64,000 nt of DNA from Octopus vulgaris (Eukaryota), in assembly GCA_951406725.2 (NCBI GenBank), contig OX597820.1, forward strand, positions 2,914,001 through 2,978,000, read 5' to 3'. This document shows positions 25,392-37,925 of this stretch, piece after piece. Below the pieces are notes generated by a model that saw only the letters and a list, made by a program, of their open reading frames with translations, was not told the DNA's origin and searched no databases. Both the position numbers and the translations under genes were made by a program. Position 1 is the stretch's first letter. Each line of letters starts with the position of its first letter.

Positions 25392-27138
25392 GTTAATAGT
25401 GTTTTGCTAATTTCTTTCTGAATTTATTGTAATTGTATATTTTAATCAGGTCACTCAAAGACACCTCAAGAGACCCAAGGCAGGCGAGAACCTTCAGCTC
25501 TTTAGTTGCTGGTCTAAGGGAAGGTAACTCCATGCAAATCCTGCATGGTGATACCTACTGGGTTTGAGGTACCTGTTGTACCAGACCCGCACAAATCCGA
25601 AGGACAAGAGAATGGGACTGGCTCTGCACAAACCCTGACCCTTATTATAAACCTTTGCTACCTTGTTGCTATGATGTGTGGCAGATTCCTTGAATATTTC
25701 AGACAAACCTTTGCACATTACAGTTTGGGTTAGTTTGTATCTGTTCTGATATTGTGTTCTCATTTTGGAGTGAGGACATCTGGTGAATATCAGAAAGAAA
25801 TCTGATTAAAATGTGAAAAAAATGGTAATATTAAATGGTGTTTTTAAGGCTGCAAGCTGGCAGAATCGTTAGCACGTCAGGCAAAATGGTAAGAAGCATT
25901 TTGTCTGCCTTTACTTTCTGAGTTCAAATTCCACTGAGGTTGACTTTGCTTTCCATCCTTTCGGGGTTGATAAAATAAGTACCAGTTGAGCCCTGGGGGA
26001 TCGACTTAACTGACTTACTCCTTCCCTTGAGATTGCTGGCCTTGTGCCAAAATTTGAAATCAATATTAAATATTGTTTCATTTGTATAAAAGAGATTGTC
26101 TTACGAATTATCTTTTGATAACAGAATTTTGCAAACACTCCTGGTGGTAGATGGTCACTTATTTTAATGCTATATTGCAGATTCCATTATTGGATTCAAT
26201 ATTAATGCTTATATCACCATCATCATTCCCATCACCGTTCATGCTGGCATGGGTTGGATGGTTTGACAGAATCCAGCTAGCCTGAGGGCTGTGTTGGTCC
26301 CCTGTGTCTGCTTTGGCATGGTTCTATAGTTGGATGCCCTCCTATCACCGCTTTACAGAATATACATGCAAGACAAAATCCCTTCACAGATTGGAGGGGC
26401 TGTGTTGAGTGGAGTGGCTTTGTGCCAGATGAACAGAGGCTATATATTCAAATATCCCCACTGGAACCTTCTTTACTGCTAAGACAAGTCTCTCCAATTC
26501 AAAATGGTGGTGACTATATGAACCTTGTCTGAAAATCTATGGTCAACATTTTTAGCTCATTAGTAAATCATTTTATGTTTTTAAACATTTTATGTAAGCC
26601 AATCTATGTTTTAAAATTTGTTCTTTTGCTTTTTTATTGAGGAACAAAAACGAAATTTTTGTTAGATCAAAAATAAAATTTAAAAGGTCAAAACTGATCT
26701 GGCCCTCACCGGTTTCAACTCATGATGGTGATGATCATTTTTAAAGACTGAACACATTTACATATCAAAGACTCTATACTTTAAGATTTCTTCTAATCTA
26801 ATATCAAGATCACAATCTCATTTTATAATATGGACTCTCAAAAAATTACACTGTAATCCCCATGGCAACTTGTTTTCAAAGCCAAAACTTTGGTTAGTTA
26901 TTCAACAAAATTCTTAAATTTAAGGAAGTTACAATATAAATTAAATTGGTTTCAAATCCTGGCACAAAGCCAAAGTCGATTACATGGACCCCAAAAGTCA
27001 ACTGGTATTTATTTTATTGATGTTGAAAGGTTGACCTTAACAGAGTTTGAACTCAGAACATAGTGTTGCAAATGATTCTACCAGCTTCCACCTTATTGTA
27101 TGAATTTAATTAACGATATACTCTGTGTTAATTTGCAG

Positions 27139-27347
27139 GCTGTTCCAGTAATGCTCAAAATCTACAAAGACAAGACTCGTGAGAGCAGTGCACGTCTTGC
27201 AGCACTGGAAGTTATGCTGTCAACCGATATTTGCCCGTTGGCTTTGGAAGAAGTTCTTCGGTCACTCAAAAAAGGAGACAATTCAGAATTTGCAACATAC
27301 ACCATCTCAAAACTTAACGACATGGCACAGAATGACCCCACATTCAA
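27139..27347 (+). CDS. MTTP: MTTP exon 12 (AVPVMLKIY...SSARLAA...SEFATY...)
   Basis: ttgcAG/GTAAGA; retains Arg and Glu at positions corresponding to human KTVRTAA / QEMNKY. Confidence 0.93.
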
Positions 27348-28101
27348 GTAAGAATAATCAACATCTGATTTAATTAAGGGGCAAAACAAGAATAGGTTTT
27401 TCTTAATTTGTGTCTCATTTGATGGTTGGTGTGCTCCAGCATAGCTAGAACCCACTGCTTGAAATCAGGATAAAGGAGATATTTCACTTCCATAACTAAC
27501 CCCATCATACTTTTACCAGTTATTTAATTATTAGAGAGATTTGCACTTCTGTATCATCATCATCATCGTTTAACATTCAGTTTGACTGAGGTCTGGGAAG
27601 CCAGGAGACTGCATCAGGCTCCAGTCTGATCCGGCAGAGTTTCTACAGCTGGATGCCTTCCTAATGCCAACCATTCCAAGAGTGGGTGCTTTTTACGTGC
27701 CACCAGCACAGGAGCCAGTCAGGGAGCATTGGCCCCGGCCATGTTTGGATGGTACTTTTTATATGCCACTGCCACTGGAGCCGGTCGGGGGGCACTGGCC
27801 CCGGCCATGTTTGGATGGTACTTTTTATGTATCACTGGCGCAGGAGCCAGTCAGGCGGACCTGGCAACGATCACTTTCGGAGAGTGCTTTTTATGTGCCA
27901 CAGGCCAGTCAGTGGCCCTGACATTGATCACGTTCAGATACTGCTTTTTACGTGCCATCAGCATGGGGTTCAGTCAGGGGGCACTGACATCGGCCATGCT
28001 TGGATGGAGCTTTTTATGTGCCATATTCTAATGGCTGAGGATAAGCATCACACCTTGAAACTTTAAGTACCAGAGAATTTGAATCAAACTGTTTTGATCC
28101 A

Positions 28102-28133
<32 letters not shown>

Positions 28134-28597
28134 CATACTATAAACTACTAGATATACAATATACTACTATATACGGTGAATCTTTGGTTTATGAATGCTT
28201 CACATCACAAGCAAATCAGTTTATGGACAATTTTTCAAACAAAAAAATGTCTCAGGTGATGAACAGTGTCTCAAATAACGAACACTCAAGTTGGTAGCAA
28301 GCTGGGGGTATCAGCTGGAGAGTGTCCCTTCCTCTATACCTTTCACTCGGTGCACATCCCTATTCAAATTCACCAAGACTTTTCTTGAGTTTCCTTTGGG
28401 AAAAATAGTTTCAGTTTTCAAACGTCTAACTAAAGACAGTTCACATCCTTATTTGGCAGAAGGTTTGAATGCTTTCCTGTGTAGTGTTTCCTGGAATGTT
28501 TTAGGTGTATAATGAGATTTTTGTAACTGTTACATATGATGCTGTATCTCTGTTTAAATGGCTTCTTGTAATTTTTATAATTTCCCTTTTGTAACAG

Positions 28598-28695
28598 AAA
28601 ACTCCTGAAATCAGTCATTGAAAAGCTTGACTTACTAAATTATGTGGTTTTTACTCAAAATGGAACATCTAGTGCCTTCAGTTCCTATCTTACAG
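28598..28695 (+). CDS. MTTP: MTTP exon 13 (KLLKSV...NYVVFTQNGTSSAFSSYLT)
   Basis: aacAG/GTAAGA, 98 nt; resembles human NYDRFSRSGSSSAYTGY. Confidence 0.94.
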
Positions 28696-28909
28696 GTAAG
28701 AAACAAAATATATTATTTCAAATTTATTTTTTATTATTATTTAGGCACAGGAGTGGCTGTGTGGTAAGTAGCTTGCTTACCAACCACATGGTTCCGGGTT
28801 CTGCCCCACTGCATGGGACCTCGGGCAGGTGTCTTCTACTATAGCCTCAGGCTGACCAAAGCCTTGTGAGTGGATTTGATAGATGGAAACTGAAAGAAGC
28901 CCGTCATAC

Positions 28910-28957
<48 letters not shown>

Positions 28958-30318
28958 GCACAGGAGTGGCTGTGTGGTAAATAGCTTGCTTACCAACCAC
29001 ATGGTTCCGGGTTCAGTCCCACTGTGTGGCACCTTGGGCAAGTGTCTTCTACTATAGCCTCATGCCGACCAAAGCCTTGTGAGTGGATTTAGTAGATGAC
29101 GGAAACTGAAAGAAGCCTGTCATATATATGTGTGTGTGTGTGTATGTATGGAGAACAGGACAAGTAAACACAGGGAAAGGACCCTTCATCAGTTGTCAGC
29201 TGTCTATCTACTCCTCATTTTGAGCATTCAATGACAATATGAGTCTTGGAAGACAGTTGCTCCGATAAATTCTGAAATAAAATTTAGGATATATGGAGGG
29301 TCAAAGTTGGGAACAAAAACATGAGAAGGAAACCAAACGAAAACAAACATAGAGGGTCATTATACCAAAACGAGAGCACTATTTTCCTAAAATTTTATTT
29401 TAGAATTTATGGGAGCAACTGTCTTCCAAGACTCATGTTGTCATTGAATGCTCAAAATGAGGAGTAGACAGACAGACCGACAACTGATGAAGGGTCCTTT
29501 CTCTGTGTTTACTTGTCCTGTTTTCCATTTTTGTCCTATTATTTACGTATTTAACTCGTTTGTTTACATATTTCATGTTGTTTGAACTGTTGCTGATGTC
29601 CTGGTCCCATATATGTATGTGTGTGTATATATATATATACTATATATTATTTACTATTTATTATTTAATTGAACACCACGCATCCATTTCCAAGTTTATA
29701 TATATCTGTGTGTGTGTGTGTGTATCTTTCAGACTGTGTTTGTCCCTGCTCCCCACCGCTAGAAAACAAGTGTTGTTTTGTTTATGTCCCTATAACTGAG
29801 CAGTTTGACAAAAAAGACTAATGTTACCATTTAACTACAAGCCCTTCAAGGCAGTGCCCCAGCATGGCCACAGTTCAATGACTGAAACAAGTAAAAACTA
29901 AAGATAATATACTTTTATATCATCATCATCATCATCATTTAGCGTCCGCTTTCCATGCTAGCATGGGTTGGACGGGTCAACTGGGGTCTGTGAAGCTGGA
30001 AGGCTTCGTCAGGCCCAGTCAGATCTGGCAGTGTTTCTACGGCTGAATGCCCTTCCTAACGCCAACCACTCCGCGAGTGTAGTGGGTGTTTTTTACGTGA
30101 TTCTGGCACACGTGCATGCACACACAAACGCACGAACACATACACACGCACAAACATACGTACGAACAGACACACACACACACATGCACACACTCATACA
30201 CATGAACACACACACTCACGCAGGCACACACACACACACTCATACACGCACGCACATGCACACACACACACACACACACCATGCTTTTCTAAGAATGGCA
30301 TTGAATTTCTCTTTGCAG

Positions 30319-30440
30319 TTTCTAAATCCGTCAACTCCACTTATGGACTCTTCATTGAAAACTCTAAATCTTCTCTTATGAAGAGGAGTTCCCTCGATGT
30401 AGAATTGTTTGGCAAAGAATTTTCAGAGAAGCTTCTGTCT
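30319..30440 (+). CDS. MTTP: MTTP exon 14 (SKSVNSTYGLFIE...LMKRSSLDV...)
   Basis: tttgcAG/GTGAGT, 122 nt; resembles human [22 protein letters not shown]. Confidence 0.93.
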
Positions 30441-30784
30441 GTGAGTTTCCTTTTCAACTTTCTCTTTCATTTTCATTCTGATATAATTTTAGAAAAAATC
30501 AATTAGCCATTCTTTGGCTGTCTTATGTGCAAAATGTTGTTCTGGAGGTCAAGAATTTAACTGTAAGGAACCGTGTGTGTCACTGACAGGACAGTAAGCT
30601 GTTAGGTTCCTCATTGGCTGCGGTTGTGTGCTTGAGAAGTTCGCTTCCCAACCACATGGTTCCTGCTTCAGCCCTACTGTGTGGCACTATGGAAAAGTGT
30701 CCTTTGCTATAGCCTCGAGCCAACCAAAGACTCGTGAGGGAATTTGGTAGACGGAAACTGAAAGAAGCCTGTCATATAATAATA

Positions 30785-31562
30785 AATAATAATAAAACAT
30801 TGTGTTCAGTGCTCAGGTGCACTACAACTCATCTAAAGTGTATGTATAGTACATAGGGTAATGTACAAGTGTCAGGAAAAAAACAGTGTATGAGCCATGA
30901 CATACACATATGTGTATGAGTATAGAAGGGGGACAATCAGGTGTAGTTTCGGCGGATTTCGGAAAGCATGAGGACCTTAAAGGATGCAGTGTCATGGCAG
31001 TCAACAACTGACGCAGGCAGTTTATTCCATGCTTCAGCAACTCTGAGCGTGAAAAAATGTTTCCGAAAGTCATGGGAGCTGTGTTGTTTTCTGACTTTGT
31101 AGGCATGTCCACGTGTGTTAGACACATGGAGATCAAAAAGGTGTTCAGTGTTGTTGTTGGTGAGGTGGTTGATAACTTTGTGGATGTTTACCAAGTCCAT
31201 CGCCAGACGCCGGAGCTTCAGTGAATCCATGCCCAGGGAAACAAGGTGCTCAGAGTATGGTAGGTGTCTGATGGAGGGTATGCGTTTGGTTGCACGTCTC
31301 TGAACAGATTCCAGGAGGTCAATGTTCTGAGCAAGATAGGGGTTCCAAACTGATGATGCGAATTCCAAGTGTGGTCGTACCATAGCTGTATACAGTTTTA
31401 AATAGATGGCTGGAGAGCGGCTAACAAAAGTCTTGCTGAGTGATGCCAAGACACCCTCGGCCTTCTTGACAATTTTAGAGATATGCTTTGTCCAACGCAA
31501 ATCTGCTGACAGTGATGCCTAGGTCACGCTCGCAAGAGGATTTCTTGATATCAGTGTTGTGT
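30785..31562 (-). mobile_element. CR1-clade LINE, 5'-truncated 3' end inserted in a SINE microsatellite
   Basis: ORF 30937-31500: LYTAMVRPHLEFASSVWNPY...LESVQRRATK...FFTLRVAEAWNKLP. A short copy of the same 3' end lies at ~35490-35590. Confidence 0.9.
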
Positions 31563-32226
31563 GTGTATGTGACTATTTGTGTGTGTATGTGAGTATTTGT
31601 GTGTGTCCCCTGTCACCACTTCACAACTGATGTTGGTGTGTTTATGTCCACTTAACTTAGAAGTTTGCTAAAAAAAAAAGGAGACCAATAGAATAAATAT
31701 CAGACTTTAAAAAAAAGTACTAAGCCTGATTTGTTTGACTAAACCCTTCAAGGTGGTGCCCCATTCCTAATGCCTCCCCCCACTCACCATCACAGACATA
31801 AGCCATTTTCTGCAGCAAATTCAGAACTACAATTTTTCACAAATAAAACTTCACCTAATTAACCTTTGTTTTTTTAACATCCATTGCCCCGTCTTGGTCA
31901 CCCCATTATTGCCTCAGTTTTCTTCAATGCCCCTGCTGGACTTTTCCACCACTCCCTGTGGTGGGGTACTGCCCACTTTGGCAACCACTGATCTAAGGCA
32001 AATTCATCAGATCAGTATGTCAGGCAATACGCTTAGCAGCATTTCTTCCAGTTCTTTACATTCTGAGTTCAAATTCTGCCACAGGCACTTTTGCCTTTCA
32101 TCTTTTCAGGGTCATCTGTGCAGGGGGCTTGATGTAATCAACTTTGACCCTCACCTAAAATTCCTGGTCCTGAGACAAAATTTGAAACCATTTTCTAATT
32201 TATGTCTTTATGTTTTTTTAATGCAG

Positions 32227-32418
32227 TTCAGACTATACGCTGATGGTATTGAGAGTTTGGTGTCCGATGAATCCACTTCTGAAGAGGTTGAACCTACAGC
32301 CGGAATGTCTTTGACACTGTTTGATGTTTTATTACGACCAGTTGAATTCTTCCGTGGGTCAGGAGAGTTGATGTCCGCCGCATGGAATGCACCGTCTGAA
32401 CCTACATCAGCTCTGCAG
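32227..32418 (+). CDS. MTTP: MTTP exon 15 (FRLYADGIESLV...AGMSLTLFDVLLRPVEFFRG...)
   Basis: tgcAG/GTAATA; near-identical to human [20 protein letters not shown]. Confidence 0.97.
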
Positions 32419-33057
32419 GTAATATTTCTTTCATCATCATCGTCATCGTTTAACATCTGTTTTCCATGCTGGCATGGGTTGGACAGTTTGACTGAGGGCT
32501 GGTAGACAGAAACTGGAAGAAGCCCGTCGTATATGTATATATGTTTGTGTGTCTGTGTTTGTCCCCCAACATCGCTTGACAACCAATGGTGGTGTGTTTA
32601 CATCCCCGTAACTTAGTAGTTCGGCAAAAGAGACCAATGGAATACGTCCTAGGCTTACAAAGAATAAGCTCTGGGGTCGATTTGCTCGAGTAAAGGCAGT
32701 GCCTCAACAGGTCTTCTCAAGCACAGTTTATTGCCCAAGGATTGAAGGGCACCCTTAAATGGGCTGGTTATGCTGCACTGGAATAGGCCATGGTTACGGT
32801 CTCCCTTGTCTTACCGGGTCTTCTCAAGCACAGTTTATTGCCCAATGATTGAAAGGCACCCTTAAATGGGCTGGTTATGCTGCACTGGCATAGGCCACGG
32901 TCTCCCTTGTCTTACTGGGTCTTCTCAAGCACAGCATATCTCCAAAGGTCTTGGTCACTTGTCATCGCCTCCATGAGGCCCAACATTCGAAGGTCGTGCT
33001 TCACCACCTCATCCTAGGTCTTCCTGGGTCTTCTACAGGTTCCCTCGGCTGCTAGGG

Positions 33058-33880
33058 TGTGTACATTTGTCCACAGCCAGCTTGAGTTGCCAGTCCATGA
33101 TCCACTGCTGCATTGTGTCCAGGTCTGCTTGCAATAGAGATCTATAGGAGCAGAAGCAGAGCTGGCGACCATTGTTTTTGAAGGTACAGCTTGATGTCAT
33201 CTGCATATTTCAGCACTATGGCATTCTTTAAGTTGGCATCTATGTCATTAACATATGCAACAAATAAAAGGGGCCAAGAACAGATCCCTGTGGTACACCA
33301 GATGTCATCTCATAGGGTGAAGAGTGCTGTCCTAGAACTGTGACAACCTCTTTTCGGCCAAAAATAACCATTTATAGAGTTCATCTCTTACGCCCAACGC
33401 AGAGAGTTTCACCATAATTCTTTTGTGTGGCACAGAGTTAAAAGCCTTAGCAAAGTCCAGGTAAACAACATCCACCCAGGATCTGCAATCAGTGATTTGG
33501 GTAATGTCCTCAAGAAACTCGATGAGTTGATTACAGCAGCTGGAGTTAGGAATAAATCCAAATTGTGACAGCTGGATGAGGCTGTGAGACTTCCAGAAGT
33601 TCCAGAGGGTTTCCCTGATACAGGATTCCATCAGTTTGGTGATGCAGCTAGTAAGACTAACGGGGCGATAGTTGACAGGCGATGTGCGGTCACCTTTTTT
33701 GAACAGAGAGATAACACTGGCAGTTTTCCACTGCTCTGGAGTAACACCATTGTCAAGACAGAATTGGAAGAATAGGGAAAGTTGGCTTAGAAGAAAGTAC
33801 CCACCGCGTTTGAGAAGTAACACCATCGAGACCAGGAGAGGCATAGTTGTGTTTGTTCTTAAGGTGGCGTTGTAGCATTG
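33058..33880 (-). mobile_element. CR1-clade LINE RT core fragment
   Basis: WKTASVISLFKKGD...NYRPVSLTS...VYLDFAKAFNSVPH; GVPQGS and YADD motifs (~33190-33300) in shifted frames. Confidence 0.9.
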
Positions 33881-33998
33881 CTGGTGTAAATTTCATATTT
33901 TGAACATTTCTTTACAAACAAGAGATAATTACTTGAAATATATTCAGTTTTTTGATAACGATGTGATATTAAAAATATTTGGATTTTCTTTATTGCAG

Positions 33999-34153
33999 GG
34001 TAACATACTTTTACAAGATGAACACCAAACTCTACATCTTATGAATGGCTTTATTGCCAAAGTCGATCTAATGACAGCACTGTCTCTTGACATTTCTGGT
34101 TCAATGGTAAATAGCATTTGGAGCCGAACATCTCAAAGCGTGGTAACAAACAG
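33999..34153 (+). CDS. MTTP: MTTP exon 16 (GNILLQDEHQTLHLMNG...LDISGSMVNSIW...VTN)
   Basis: ttgcAG/GTAAGT; resembles human GLILLIDHSQELQLQSG...IDISGAMEFSLW. Confidence 0.96.
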
Positions 34154-35457
34154 GTAAGTTGAACTACCTTTAGCCGTTTAGTATTTAGACCAGCCATATA
34201 TGTTTTATGTTCAAACTGGCCAGATCCAGCCTCTTGTACATACCTTACAAAGTCATTCCATAAATAAGCAATCAGATCATCAAAATCTCAAAGGTTTGAG
34301 ATAATCCATGATTAATTCAAAACAATGTGAATAAGTAAGCATTATGTTTGACGGAGTAAAGGCAGTGAGCTGGCAGAATTGTTAGCACGCTGGGAGAAAT
34401 GCTTAGCGGTATTTTGTCGGTTACTACATTCTGAGTTCAAGCTCCGTCGAGGTCGACTTTGCCTTTCATCTTCTCAGAATTGATTGAATTAAATACCAGT
34501 GGGACACTGGGGTCAATGCAATCGACTAATCCCCACCTCCAAAATTTTCAGCCTTGTGTCTTCAGTAGAAAGGATTATGTTTGACACAGTAATCTGAATG
34601 CTAAAGGCTTAAAGACAATTTAATTGCATCAGAAAGTTATTATTTAGACAAACATACCCATCAACAGGAATGGTCAGAGGATGAAGCAGCTCACTTCAAA
34701 TACTCATGGTTCCCAGTTCAATATCATTAAACAGCACTTTGGACAAGTATCTTCTACTATTGTATTAATCCAAGCTTTCAGAGTGAAATTGTCAAAAGGG
34801 AAACTACAGGAAGCCTGTCTTCTGGACCTATTCTTAGATGATAGAATTAACCGATTATCCAGTTGAACACCAACTCTGGTTCTTTGTGATGTATGAGATA
34901 ATCCATATATTACGATTGCTTCCTCGTTTCTCATCAGAAATTTTGGAGGTCCTGTCAAAGGTCATAACTGCTGCCTTTTCTCTCTGCTTAAAACTTTAAA
35001 AGCATAACGAACACAGAGACGAAGCCTGTCATACATTTATCATCATCATACGACATCTGTCTTCCATGCTGGCATGGGTTGGACAGTTTGACAAGAGCTG
35101 GCCAGGAAGGAGACTACACCAGGCTACTGTGTCTCCTTTAGCAGGGTTTTTATGGTTGGATGCCCCTTCTTAACACCAACCACCCTATACACATATATAT
35201 ATATATATATGTGTGTTTGTCCCCCACTCCTGCTTGACAATTAGTGTTGATGTGTTTACATCCCATAACAATATCTGGCCTGTTATCTTTGCGCTTGGTA
35301 GAAGTTTTGATGGGTAGGTTCCACCAATATTCCTTGTGTTGGTGTTTACACATGTATTCAGAAACAACGGGGTTCTCTATATTTATCCCTGGACAGCCTT
35401 TGGTTGGGGAATGGCATTGTATATTGTTTTAGCAACAACATTGTGTTACATTGTGAA

Positions 35458-35492
<35 letters not shown>

Positions 35493-35589
35493 TGTGTACA
35501 GTGCTCAGGTGCACTACAACTCATCTAAAGTGTATATATAATCAGGTGTAGTTTCGGCGGATTTCGGAAAGCATGAGGGCCCTAAAAGA

Positions 35590-35903
35590 TGCGTACATGT
35601 GCACATACACGCGAGTACTGTCCAAATCTCCGACCAATCACATACAGCTAGCTGGCATTCAATTGGCGTATCAAGTTTTGGGCATTTTGATTGGGTTTTG
35701 GATAGAAAATTCACAAAAAAATCACTTCTATTGATTTTTTAATGGCTTTGCGGGGTGACTGGGGAAATGTAAAGATGTGCATGACCACCCTTGGACAATT
35801 TTGAATGACCATAGAAAGTGCGAGCCCTCTAACTGAAAAATTGTGGATTTGTATAAAGGATACACAGACACAGACAGACATTTTGCCATTTATATATATA
35901 GAG
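35590..35903 (-). mobile_element. Helitron-like non-autonomous fragment
   Basis: Begins TCTATATATATAAATGG followed by (GTCT)/(GT) repeats, a typical non-autonomous Helitron 5' end. Confidence 0.45.
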
Positions 35904-36005
35904 ATTTTGTAGCAATCTCCAGCTCTTGTATATGTATGTGTGTATGTGTGTGTGTGTGTGTGTGTGCGAATACCTTTCCATCTAATCATTGTTTCATTGT
36001 TGCAG

Positions 36006-36176
36006 TGGAGCCTTGCTATTCGATGGTTCTGTCAAGTTGGAGTCAAAAATATTGAAAGCTGGAATTGATTTTAAAATTGGTGGTGAAGGACACATAGACT
36101 TCAAAACCGATGTTGATTTTCTTAAAATGCCAGTGAAAAGTTGTATGAGAATGATGCGACCCCATGTATCATGGAC
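36006..36176 (+). CDS. MTTP: MTTP exon 17 (GALLFDG...KAG...DVDFLKMPVKSCMRM...)
   Basis: ttgcAG/GTAAGT, 171 nt; resembles human VKAGLE...VQFSQYPFLVCMQM. Confidence 0.94.
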
Positions 36177-36353
36177 GTAAGTAAATCTTCATTACTATTA
36201 TTATTATTATTATTCAGTAGCCTAATTTTTATCACATACTTTCACTGCCGTACTGAGTGCAGCTCTGTGTGCCCTGGGTGTGCGCTGTGGTTTGTGATGC
36301 TATTTTCTCTACATTATTTATACTTGTTAGTCCTGGTGATATTGTTATGTATT

Positions 36354-37925
36354 TCATCATCATCATCATCGTCGTTTAATGTCCACTTTCCATGCTGGCA
36401 TGGGTTGGACGGTTTGACTGAGGACTGGCGAGCCAGATGGTTGCACCAAGCTCCAATCTGATCTTGCAATCTGATCTGGCAAAGTTTCTACAGCTGGATG
36501 CCCTTCCTAACGCCAACCACTCCTAGAGTGTAGTGGGTGCTCTTACATGTCACTGGCACAAGGGCCAGTCTGGTGGCACTGGCAACGGCCACGCTCAAAT
36601 GTTGTTTTTCATGTGCCAGTAATGCAACACTGGCAATGATCACACTCGAAAGGTGCTTTTTACGTGCCACTGGTACAGGAGCCAGTCAGCTGCCTTGGCA
36701 ACAATCACGCTCAAATGGTGCTCTTAGCGCTCCACTAGCACGAGTGCCAATCAGGCGGAACTGTCATCGGCCATGTCAGCGGTTTTGATTTCACTTGGCT
36801 CAATATGTCTTTGCAAGCAAAGTTGATTGACCAACGAATGAAAGGTACTCATAAGTGGGCTGGTTACACCCCTGGCATAGGCCATGTTCTCACTTGGCTT
36901 GTCGGGTCTTCTCAAGTACAGCATATCTCTAAAGGTCTCAGTCACTAGTCATTGCCTCATTGAGGTCCAACTTTCGAAGGTTGTGCTTCACCACCTCATC
37001 TCATGTCTTCCTGGGTCTACCTCTTTCACAGGTTCCCTCAACTTCTAGGGTGTGACACTTTTTCACACAGCTGTCCTCCTCCATTCACAACACATGACCA
37101 TACCAGCACAGTCATCTCTCTTGCACACCACATCTGATGATTCTTAAGTCCAACTTTTCTCTCAGGGCGTTTACCTTCTGTCGTGTATGCACACTGACAT
37201 TACATATCCATCGGAGCATACTGGCTTCATTCCTTGCAAGTTTATGCATGTCCTCAGCAGTCACAGCCATGTTTCACTGCCATGTAGCATGGCTGTTCGT
37301 ACACAAGCGTCATACAGTCTACCTTTTACTCTGAGCGAGAGACCCTTTGTCACCAGCAGAGGTAAGAGCCCTCTGAACTTTGCCCAGGCTATTCTTATTC
37401 TAGCAGCTACACTTTCAGCGCACCCTCCTCTGCTACTGACTTGGTCCCCTACGTAACGGAAGCTATCAACTACTTCTAGTTTTTCCCCTGGAATGTGGCA
37501 GAAGTTGTTCTCTGCGCATTTTCAGTGTTTATTGCTCCAGAGCATCTGCCACATACAAAAACTATCTTCCCCATTAGCCTTCCTTTGACATTGCTGCACC
37601 TCTTATGTGTCCATAGCTTACACTGGGTACATCTTATAGCGTTTCTACCCACGCCTCTACTACAGATTGAGCAGGGCCATCTACCTGAAGGGATTTGTGG
37701 CTTGCCTGCCTTTCTACTTATTAGGACTTCGGTTTTACCTAGGTTGATTTTAAGACCCTTCGATTCTAATCCTTGCTTCCACACCTGAAACTGCTCCTCC
37801 AGTTCTGATAGTGACTCAGCAATTAGAGCAAGGTCGTCAGCATAAAGGAGCTCCCAGGGCATCCTGTCTTGAATTCCTCTGCTATTGCCTGGAGGACTAT
37901 GTTGAATAAGAGGGGGCTGAAGACG
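36354..37925 (-). mobile_element. RTE-clade LINE, 5'-truncated, with (GAT)n tail
   Basis: PWELLYADDLALIAES RT motif followed by a Cys-rich insert and the 3' UTR. The same 3' end occurs approx. at 1624-1841+, 2062-2655-, 8770-9490+, 18050-18680-, 20130-20535-, 27553-28025-, 29920-30110-, 32700-33058-, 42510-42970-, 43100-43396+, 50128-50505-. Confidence 0.88.
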
